From contig JBBTWE010000001.1 in assembly GCA_038062955.1 (NCBI GenBank), positions 101,411 through 165,410 of the forward strand: a stretch of DNA of 64,000 nt, written 5' to 3'. Source of the DNA: Patescibacteria group bacterium (GTDB lineage: Bacteria > Patescibacteriota > Minisyncoccia > Phycocordibacterales > BOKC01). Both the position numbers and the translations under genes were made by a program. Under the pieces are notes generated by a model. The model had not been told where the DNA came from. It saw nothing but the letters and a program-made list of their open reading frames with translations, and did no database searches. Positions 18,440 to 25,991 of the stretch are shown here, one piece after another (position 1 is the stretch's first letter; every line of letters starts with the position of its first letter).

Positions 18440-19582
18440 CTACCTCTCCACAAAGAACTTCACTGGTACCTTGAGCTTTTCACCCTTCTTTACGAAGAAA
18501 CACCATCCTTCGTACTCGTCTGGTGGACCAGTTGGTGTTAGGAGCCATTCTCCTTTTTCAGTGGGGAATTGAAGGCAGTAAGTTCCTTTTTTGGTGTACT
18601 TACTCCAACGGAACTCTCCACACTTTCCGATTCTCTCGTCCCAGATGTCGAATTGAGCTGGTAGCCCGAACTCATCGATGACGACGTTTCTGGCTTCGAG
18701 GATGTGTTCCTCTGGCCACCCCGTCTTCTCTATGAGGTTCGGCTCTCTTCCAGCCTCCATCATGAGTGTACCTCTCGGAAGCTCTACTTTGGCTACCACC
18801 ACTGTCGCACTTGCAACAGGAGTCGGGTTAGAAGCTCTCCATTCCTTGTACAGCAGTGTTTGTTGGACTTGTGTGAAGAGTCCTAATCCAACAACCGCTG
18901 CGAGAACGGTGGCTACCCACTTTCCCCATTTTTTGCCATGGAAAGCGATGGCGAACCAAAGAACAAAGAGGAGTCCTAGAGTGAAACCCCAAAAAATCTT
19001 TGGCTTACCTCGTATGTTATCCCATGCCTCCGGAAGGAGGAACATCATCGGTACATACACGACGGTAAAGATGAGGAGGGCGGTGATCCACAGATACCTA
19101 ATCTCCGGGATCCACAAGAATCCCCAGATTGGTGCACCACGTATCCCGTTCCACATTCTGGAATACAACGGTTTTTTGTTCGTTGTTGTCGGAGTATTTC
19201 CTTCAGGTTTATCTTCTGCGTGTCCCAGATCTTCTTCTTGTACTCTTGATCTGAACATCTCATAGAGACGAGTGAGGCCGAATACTACCGCCGCCAAACC
19301 CAGAAGCATCATGAACTCGTTATTGCTCGTGGATACTGTCGTGGGTGTGTGGTTTAAGAACTCAAGGCCAAACAACACCAAACTCATAGCGCCCACAACG
19401 CACAATGGGATCCAAATAGCCCAAGATTGGTGCGTCCAGATCACTTTGCGAAGTCTGGGAGCATTCTCTCCCAGATATTTCCAAGACTTTTTTCTCCAGC
19501 TAGGAACAGCAAGACACAGGATAACAGTGAGGACAAAAACGCCCCCCACAATCCACAACAGTGTTACGATGAAATTGAGCAT
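18440..19582 (-). CDS. orphan multi-TM membrane protein with a C-terminal soluble domain
   Basis: 380-aa ORF with ~6 hydrophobic segments, SD GAAAGGAG, and its own promoter (19650-19678) and terminator (~18403-18438). Confidence 0.8.
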   Translation of the reverse strand: MLNFIVTLLWIVGGVFVLTVILCLAVPSWRKKSWKYLGENAPRLRKVIWTHQSWAIWIPLCVVGAMSLVLFGLEFLNHTPTTVSTSNNEFMMLLGLAAVVFGLTRLYEMFRSRVQEEDLGHAEDKPEGNTPTTTNKKPLYSRMWNGIRGAPIWGFLWIPEIRYLWITALLIFTVVYVPMMFLLPEAWDNIRGKPKIFWGFTLGLLFVLWFAIAFHGKKWGKWVATVLAAVVGLGLFTQVQQTLLYKEWRASNPTPVASATVVVAKVELPRGTLMMEAGREPNLIEKTGWPEEHILEARNVVIDEFGLPAQFDIWDERIGKCGEFRWSKYTKKGTYCLQFPTEKGEWLLTPTGPPDEYEGWCFFVKKGEKLKVPVKFFVER

Positions 19583-19744
19583 TAGTAGACTCCTTTCGTA
19601 AAGGGTTAAGTGGTTTGCTGGTATAAATCAAAGAACATTGCCAGCTACATATATATCATGGTTTATTTTATAAGTCAAATAATAAAAAGACCCCATTGAG
19701 TTTTCACTCGTTGGGGTCCTGCGCGTGAGAAAATCAGTTCGATT

Positions 19745-21112
19745 TCACTCCTTGTGGTCTTCACCGTCTTCTTCTTTCTGAGGTTTCTTTTCAGGAGAAG
19801 ACGACCTCTTTGGCTCGACTCCCGAGGGCGGGGAAGAAAGCCGAGGTGGATGCACTGGTGAAGTTTTGCCAGCTAGTATGGTGCCCATGACAGCAGTGGT
19901 TAGATCTCCACCGGTCATAAACACCTGGGCAGCTGGGTTGACGGTTTTTTGGAGGGTGTCCATTTGTATTGATAACTCCCCCCCTGGGCTACTGACTGCC
20001 TTTGCCATTTTCTGAAGACCAGCGGCTCGACCAGTAAGGAAAGCTTTCTCTTTTGCGCCGAGCCCTTCTCCTTGAAGTTTGAGATTCTTCCTATTGAAGC
20101 TCGCCTCCCTTAATGCAGCCATAGCCACATTGACTGTTCTTGAGATCCCGTGCCTGTCAACGTAACCGGCATTAAAGTTGATACCCCAAGGGTCATCTTT
20201 CTTTCCGGTTTCAGGATTCTTCTCTTCTCCGATAAGGATCTCTACTCTCCTGTGAATCAATGCGTTTACTTGGGGGATTCGACAGAGAAGCATGAGTGGC
20301 GTCAGCTTAGCAAATTCCGCTTGCGCTGCAGCCACGATCGTGGCTGCAATATCGCGTACGGCTTCTGCTATGGTGCCGCCAGTCTGCACGAACCTCATCG
20401 GACTCCAAATAGTGAATCGGCCGATGAACTCGGGCTCAATTGTCAGCTGATCGTGAAGGGGATTATCCGTTCCCTTCAGGCGTCCAACTAAGTTATCGTA
20501 CGTCTTTTTGTCTTCGGCTGCCATTTTCTCCCAAGCCTCTTGCTCTTCAGTCGTCTGATCGGGCTTGAAATCTGGCTTTGGTGGCAGAGTGTAGACCATA
20601 GTGTTACGGTCGGCAGTTATGATGCGAACCACAACCACATCGTCTTCTCCCTTGTCATCCTTGCTCGTGTAGATCTTTCTGAGCAATTCGTGTTTCGGTA
20701 TTGCAAACTGGATCCTTTTTGTTGGAAACCGTTTGATACTACAGAGAAGCCATGGTACAAACACAGGGCCGGATGATAAGTCTCGAATTGGTTTACCGAG
20801 AAGGAGCAGGGCTGCCTGCTCGTCTGGTCCAATTATTCGCATACTCTTGATGGCAAAAAATACCATTATCAGTGTGACAAAAGAGAATGAGTCTACACTG
20901 AGGCCAGCAAAGTTCTTCAGACCAATCCATAGCCCCACCGTAGCGATAAACAGGATCGCAAAATACGGTACGGGCATGACATAATAGGCAATGCTAGCCC
21001 CCTTCTTATTTCTTGCCCACCAATTGAGTCTAGACTCCTTTTCGTTTGCTTCGTTGTTTGCGGCTGTGTTGTTGGTGTCTGGATCCAGGGGAGGTGTCGT
21101 ATTCGAGGTCAT
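19745..21112 (-). CDS. SPFH/Band-7 (stomatin/prohibitin-like) membrane protein
   Basis: two N-terminal TMs, then SMRIIGPDEQAALLLLGK..SGPVFVPW and a DPWGI coiled-coil region; SD AAGGAG. Confidence 0.75.
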   Translation of the reverse strand: MTSNTTPPLDPDTNNTAANNEANEKESRLNWWARNKKGASIAYYVMPVPYFAILFIATVGLWIGLKNFAGLSVDSFSFVTLIMVFFAIKSMRIIGPDEQAALLLLGKPIRDLSSGPVFVPWLLCSIKRFPTKRIQFAIPKHELLRKIYTSKDDKGEDDVVVVRIITADRNTMVYTLPPKPDFKPDQTTEEQEAWEKMAAEDKKTYDNLVGRLKGTDNPLHDQLTIEPEFIGRFTIWSPMRFVQTGGTIAEAVRDIAATIVAAAQAEFAKLTPLMLLCRIPQVNALIHRRVEILIGEEKNPETGKKDDPWGINFNAGYVDRHGISRTVNVAMAALREASFNRKNLKLQGEGLGAKEKAFLTGRAAGLQKMAKAVSSPGGELSIQMDTLQKTVNPAAQVFMTGGDLTTAVMGTILAGKTSPVHPPRLSSPPSGVEPKRSSSPEKKPQKEEDGEDHKE

Positions 21113-21136
21113 TTGAGAGTCTCCTTGTTTTGTATT

Positions 21137-21230
21137 TCGAACTGATTTTCACGTCAAAGAGCATTGTTTCCTACAACGAGTAGGGAACGGTTCTAGTTGC
21201 TACTATATATTCTTTCTATAAAAAAGTCAA
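21137..21230 (-). promoter_or_regulatory. promoter, leader hairpin, BoxA-like element and 5' stem arm
   Basis: TTGACT(21230)-N17-TATAGT; hairpin GTTCCCTAC/GTAGGAAAC; TGCTCTTTGA at 21163-21154. Confidence 0.7.
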
Positions 21231-21297
21231 CCCCGTAGTAGATTTTGGCATAGCAACCTCGGTTGCGAATAAAATAATGCCAAAATTCACTACGGGG
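21231..21297. mobile_element. CCCGTAG hairpin element
   Basis: CCCCGTAGTAGATTTTGGCAT..ATGCCAAAATTCACTACGGG with GTCAA repeated on both sides. Confidence 0.75.
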
Positions 21298-21423
21298 TCA
21301 ACCTGCGTAATGCATCATGACCTTCGCAACACTCCATCGTAATATTTCAATTTTTATGGATCTTAATAGACCTTGACTCAAATGTATTAAAGCATAGAGT
21401 AATTGAAGAGAAATTTTTAATTT

Positions 21424-21495
21424 GGCCTAGTGGCGAAGGGGTAACGCGGCTCTCTGCAAAAGAGTTATGCGCCGGTTCGAGTCCGGCCTAGGCCT
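21424..21495 (+). tRNA. tRNA-Cys(GCA)
   Basis: GGCCTAG/CTAGGCC acceptor stem, CT-GCA-AA loop, GTTCGAGTC. Confidence 0.93.
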
Positions 21496-21550
21496 CAATA
21501 TTCATTTCACAAATCACTTAATTTCTTGTATCCTAAAAAGCTAAGAGTTT

Positions 21551-21632
21551 GCCCGGGTGGCGTAATTGGTAGCCGCACTTGACTTAAGATCAAGCGCCGT
21601 AAGGCTTGCGAGTTCGAGTCTCGCCCCGGGCA
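21551..21632 (+). tRNA. tRNA-Leu(TAA)
   Basis: GCCCGGG/CCCGGGC, CTTGA-CTTAAGA-TCAAG, long variable arm. Confidence 0.93.
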
Positions 21633-21662
21633 CAAGTCATTTTATATAAAAATAAATAATAT

Positions 21663-21735
21663 CCGCCTGTAGCTCAGTTGGTAGAGCAGATCCCTCTTAA
21701 GGATAAGGTCGAAGGTTCGAATCCTTCCAGGCGGA
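21663..21735 (+). tRNA. tRNA-Lys(CTT)
   Basis: CCGCCTG/CAGGCGG, TAGCTCAGTTGGTAGAGC, CT-CTT-AA loop. Confidence 0.93.
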
Positions 21736-21872
21736 CAAGAAAGCGTTATATGCTTTCGGGAAGGATTCGAAGCCCGATTGAGCTTATTTTATGATCCTGA
21801 TTTTATCGAAGGAGAAATAAAATAACCAATCGGGGTACTGAAACTGTAAGTTTCGAATCCTTCCAGGCGGAC
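21736..21872. repeat. tRNA-Lys 3'-templated repeat element
   Basis: inverted copy at 21759-21771 and 21-nt exact direct copy at 21852-21872 of the tRNA 3' end. Confidence 0.85.
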
Positions 21873-21907
21873 CCGCAATTGAGAGATCGCGGAGCCATTC
21901 TAAATTT

Positions 21908-21991
21908 GCTGGGATGGTGAAATTGGTAGACACACCAGCCTTAGGAGCTGGTGCCTTAATCGGCATGGAGGTTCGAGTCCTCTTCCCAGCA
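21908..21991 (+). tRNA. tRNA-Leu(TAG)
   Basis: GCTGGGA/TCCCAGC, CCAGC-CTTAGGA-GCTGG, long variable arm. Confidence 0.93.
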
Positions 21992-22221
21992 CAACAAAAG
22001 AAAAGCCGGCTTCAAGTCGGTATTTTCTTTTGTTGTAATCTGGATAAAAGACGAGAAGGCCGGATCGAAGTAGCTATATGAGCGAAGCGAAAAGCTACGA
22101 GTGAGGCGGGGTCGAGCAAAATTTTTTTTAAAAAATTTATGTGTGACCGAGTCCTCTTCCCAGCACAATAATAAAAATCCTGCACAAACTGCAGGATTTT
22201 TATTATTGTGCTGGAAGAAGG
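21992..22221. repeat. tRNA-Leu 3'-templated repeat element
   Basis: 21-nt direct copy at 22148-22168, core GAGGCGGGGTCG, and a 25-bp perfect hairpin at 22160-22214. Confidence 0.85.
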
Positions 22222-22245
22222 TAAGCTTCTTTACTTTATTTTTCT

Positions 22246-22527
22246 TTAAATTTTATCCAACTTAAATTCAGTGAAGGGGACTGAAGAAAGGCGACTGTTG
22301 TCTCTTAAATATTCTTTGAATTCATTTACTTTTCGAGAAAGAAATTGCATCACCACTTCTTCTTTATCTTTAGGCATTACATTCAAGTAAATTGTTGCAG
22401 TTCGCTCTCGGTTTCTGGTTTCAACGCGAGTTACTGTAATCAAAGATTGGGGACCAGACTCCTTTTCAATAAAAGTCGCCGCCAATTCGCGGATTATTTT
22501 TTCAGTTCTTTCTTTTCTATATGGCAT
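22246..22527 (-). CDS. rbfA: ribosome-binding factor A
   Basis: R.ER...IRELAA, LITVTRVE, VP..EF.LD; downstream of infB. Confidence 0.88.
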   Translation of the reverse strand: MPYRKERTEKIIRELAATFIEKESGPQSLITVTRVETRNRERTATIYLNVMPKDKEEVVMQFLSRKVNEFKEYLRDNSRLSSVPFTEFKLDKI

Positions 22528-22621
22528 GATAAAAAATTTAAGATATAAGATTTATGATTTCAGATTTATTTTGTTTTAATGCTTTTGGATTTTTTCAATC
22601 TTACATCTTAAATCATAAATC

Positions 22622-24154
22622 TCAAATCTTTACTGGTTGTTTGGTGACTTTAAAAAACTCCAACGTATCGGCAGCAGTAACCGTTATCTTACCTTCAACT
22701 AAAGCGCCAAATTCATTTCCTGAACTGACTTCTTTGGTTTCAGCTTTTTTTTGTTGCAAACCTCTTATTTTCCCAGTGCCGATGATGTTTCCTCGTCTAT
22801 TTATTCTGAAGAGACCACCGGTTTCAATAAGACCCTCTATAACTTTGCCTCCAATTATCTGCTTTTCTTTTTGCATTCCAAAAACTTTTATAATGACAGC
22901 TTTTCCTGTAATTTCTTCAACATCAATCTTTGGCAAAAGGGTGGCCAAATCAGTCTTGAGCCATTCGGTGATTTTGTAAATCACATCAAATATTTTTATT
23001 GTTACTTCCTCGCGCAAAGCCAGGGATTTTGCGGAATTATCTATTTTGGTGTTGAAAGCAATAATAATCGGTTTTTTCTCTAGGTTTGCGTTTTTTATAT
23101 CACCTTCGCCAATTTGGCCGATACTTGAATTTATAATTTTAAATTCTATTTTTCCCGTATTGAGTTTAGTTATTTCGTGTTTTATGGCCTCCAAACTTCC
23201 TTCGGTGTCAGCTTTTAGCATTATAGGGATAGTCAACATGTCAGAATTAACGACGGTGTTTGCTTTCTGTTTTTTAACAATTGTAGGTTCTTTAAAATTA
23301 ATCACCGCACTCTCGGCTTCTTTTCTTGTTTCGAATGTTTTAAAAGAGGAACCGACTTTTGGAATTTCATTCCAACCGATAATTTTAATTGGGCTTGAGA
23401 AGCTCGCTTCGTCTATTTTTTCACCCAAAAAATTTTCCATCATCCTAACTGGCGTATAAGCTTTGTCAGCTGTTACAAAAAGTCCGGTTCGAAGTGAACC
23501 ATTTTTTATCAGAAGACTTACGGAAATCCCACATTTAGGATCGAGATGGCTTTCTAAGACAAATCCTTCCGCAAGTGTTTCTTTATCACCTTTCAGTTCT
23601 TCCAATTCAGCAACTAGACTGATAAGTTCTAGTAATTCCGGAATATTTTTTCCGAGCTTAGCTGAAATTTCAACTCCCGGTACATCCCCGCCATATCCTT
23701 CCAAGAAAATTCCGTGTTCACTTAAACTGTTTCGAGTTTTTTCCAAATTGGCGCCCGGTTTATCAATTTTATTTATAGCAACAATGTACGGCATCTTTTC
23801 TTCTTGTATGCATTTTAGCGCTTCGAGAGTTTGCGGTTTTACTCCGTCATCTGCGGCTACAACAAGAATCGCGATATCTGCCACTTTGGCGCCGCGTGAT
23901 CTTATGGCTTTAAATGCTTCGTGTCCTGGCGTGTCAAGAAAAGTTATTTTAACTGCAGAAGATTTTGCAGATGGGATTTTAACTTCATACGCCGACATTT
24001 TTTGGGTGATGCCTCCGGCTTCTTTTTCGGCTACGTTTGATTTTCTTATAAAATCAAGCAGAGTGGATTTCCCATGATCAATATGACCCATCACAACCAC
24101 AATTGGAGGACGAGCCACTAGACCAGTATTTTTTTGTTTTTGAATTTTCTGCAT
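22622..24154 (-). CDS. infB: translation initiation factor IF-2 (short form)
   Basis: RPPIVVVMGHIDHGKS, DTPGHEAF, NKID, KADTEGSLEAI. Confidence 0.97.
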   Translation of the reverse strand: MQKIQKQKNTGLVARPPIVVVMGHIDHGKSTLLDFIRKSNVAEKEAGGITQKMSAYEVKIPSAKSSAVKITFLDTPGHEAFKAIRSRGAKVADIAILVVAADDGVKPQTLEALKCIQEEKMPYIVAINKIDKPGANLEKTRNSLSEHGIFLEGYGGDVPGVEISAKLGKNIPELLELISLVAELEELKGDKETLAEGFVLESHLDPKCGISVSLLIKNGSLRTGLFVTADKAYTPVRMMENFLGEKIDEASFSSPIKIIGWNEIPKVGSSFKTFETRKEAESAVINFKEPTIVKKQKANTVVNSDMLTIPIMLKADTEGSLEAIKHEITKLNTGKIEFKIINSSIGQIGEGDIKNANLEKKPIIIAFNTKIDNSAKSLALREEVTIKIFDVIYKITEWLKTDLATLLPKIDVEEITGKAVIIKVFGMQKEKQIIGGKVIEGLIETGGLFRINRRGNIIGTGKIRGLQQKKAETKEVSSGNEFGALVEGKITVTAADTLEFFKVTKQPVKI

Positions 24155-24291
24155 ATATCAAAAAAAGGACAATGTAAAACGTGGAAATGTGAAATGACCG
24201 CTTAAATTCAAATATGACTCGGCGGGTCTACGTATCAATTAGACCACCATATCACACAATTCTCTATTTCGCGATTACTTAACGCGTGTTT

Positions 24292-24780
24292 TTAATTTCC
24301 ACTCCTGATTGATTCCATGGCCTCATCTGCCGCCTCTTTTTCTTCACTCGCTAATTCAAACGGACTCTTGTTTTGGTTTAACGGCTTTGCGAAGACAGAA
24401 ATTCTTTCTCTATGATAAAGGCCGGTTAAAATCACGCCGTCGCCGTCTTCGTTTAGAAAAGCGGAGGAAAAACTTTGGTTTCCACCTTCACCGCTCCCTT
24501 TAAATGGATTAAAACGGACGGTTTTTATGGCACGAACGCTCTTCTTTAGTTTCTTTTCAACAATGTTTAAAGCGGACTCTGTTTCTTTACGGAAATCTTC
24601 CAAACTTTCAAGTCTTTTATAATTCTCAAGCAAAGCATCTTCCAAATTTATTTTTTTCCCTCCTACCAAATTTTTAAGTCTTCTTTGTAAAACAAAGTTC
24701 CAGATTATTAAAACAAGAATAAAAAAAGCTAAAATTGAAACTATAAAAAGAATAGGATTTTGCTCTATAAGAGTTCGCAT
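24292..24780 (-). CDS. DUF4446-like membrane protein
   Basis: N-terminal TM, VRFNPF..GGNQSFS.A.L....DGVILT.L..RE....AKP; ATG at 24780. Confidence 0.75.
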   Translation of the reverse strand: MRTLIEQNPILFIVSILAFFILVLIIWNFVLQRRLKNLVGGKKINLEDALLENYKRLESLEDFRKETESALNIVEKKLKKSVRAIKTVRFNPFKGSGEGGNQSFSSAFLNEDGDGVILTGLYHRERISVFAKPLNQNKSPFELASEEKEAADEAMESIRSGN

Positions 24781-24905
24781 ATAAATGATTGAAATATTAT
24801 ACCCCAGATTAGTAAATACTACTTGGTAGTTTAGTAACATGGGGGAATTGAAATTAATTTCCTAGCATATACACATTGTGATATTATTTACTCAACTTAA
24901 AAATT

Positions 24906-25029
24906 TAGAATTTTCAGATTCGGATGCAGATCAAGGCGCAAGCGAGAACCGTACCGAGACGTATTTAATAATACGTTGAGGGAGGCTCGGAGTGAAGCAA
25001 CGCAGAGATGCGCCGAATATGGAAGTTCT
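24906..25029. repeat. TAGAA..GTTCT-ended ~125-bp structured repeat
   Basis: shares GCAGATCAAGGCGCAAG and GAAGCAACGCAGAGATGCGCC with 48933-49059. Confidence 0.85.
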
Positions 25030-25039
25030 TTATATACTT

Positions 25040-25831
25040 ATGGAAGATTTAAGCAAAACCCAAATAATACTTTTAGGACTCCTCGTGAGCTTTGTAAGCT
25101 CTGTTGCTATTAGCATAATGACCTATTCGCTCTTAAGTGAAGCGCCCGCAACTATTACTCAAACAATAAATAGAGTGGTAGAGAGGACCATTGAGACAGT
25201 TGTGCCAGCAGAAAATAAGCCAGAAGTTATCACCAAGGAAGTTACTGTTGTTGTTAAAGAAGAAGATTTGGTTATAGACGCTATTAAGAAAAATGAAGGC
25301 AGTCTTGTCAGAATTCAAGAAATCATTAAAGGGGTTCCACCAAAATTTTCAGCCTTTGGTTTGGTTTTACATAAAGGAGGCCTGATTGCCACTTCAAAAA
25401 CTAATTTTCTGCCTAACGCGACATTTGAGGCAGTCTTGCCAGATAATTCAAAAGTAACTTTGAAAAAAATGTTTGCTCCCACTAAAAACTTTTCATTTTT
25501 TACCGTTGAGAATTCTGCCCAAAAAGAATTTGTAGGCGCATCGATGGGGGATTCTGATACTTTACAGCTTGGACAGACAGTTATTTCTATACGAGGGGTT
25601 GAACGCAACACTGTATCAATTGGCAGAATAAACGGACTCTTGCTGACTCCAGAAAATAGTGAAAATGCCACATCTTCCAGATATTCTCTTATTGAGAGTG
25701 ATGTCTTAAATGGGGAAGTTGGCAGTCCGGCTCTAAACCTAAACGGAGAACTCATTGGAATGAGTTCCGGCCAGCTCGGAAATTTTATTCCGATAAATCT
25801 TCTGAAATTAGAAATGCAAAATCTAATCTAG
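25040..25831 (+). CDS. membrane-anchored trypsin/HtrA-like domain protein, probably inactive
   Basis: GDSDTLQLGQTVI, GSPALNLNGELIG; catalytic His and Ser are not recognisable; ATG at 25040. Confidence 0.75.
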   Translation: MEDLSKTQIILLGLLVSFVSSVAISIMTYSLLSEAPATITQTINRVVERTIETVVPAENKPEVITKEVTVVVKEEDLVIDAIKKNEGSLVRIQEIIKGVPPKFSAFGLVLHKGGLIATSKTNFLPNATFEAVLPDNSKVTLKKMFAPTKNFSFFTVENSAQKEFVGASMGDSDTLQLGQTVISIRGVERNTVSIGRINGLLLTPENSENATSSRYSLIESDVLNGEVGSPALNLNGELIGMSSGQLGNFIPINLLKLEMQNLI

Positions 25832-25991
25832 GCACTATAAGCTTGCTTTTTTCATAGAAATCGTTTATAATACTGCTCTCTGAAATTGTTGATTTTTGCC
25901 CTTCAAAAATCACGTCGTAAGATTTTCTACAATGTAATTGTGGAAAATTTACGACGCGGGTGTCGCTAAATATAAAAGTTCGAACACTTCA

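Noticed and set aside
18440-19640. 5'/3' end pairing for the 380-aa gene (also tested for 9505, 30481, 36435, 38101, 39492 and 51048)
   Set aside because: Only 6-7-bp or G-U-rich matches were found by eye, which cannot be distinguished from chance.
21852-21872. Prophage/ICE attR sites at tRNA-Lys, tRNA-Leu and tRNA-Trp
   Set aside because: The duplications are only 135-175 bp away with no integrase or cargo between; reported instead as miniature elements.
25829-25850. CIRCE/HrcA operator upstream of clpB
   Set aside because: Only a partial TAGGCACT half-site; no TTAGCACTC-N9-GAGTGCTAA.
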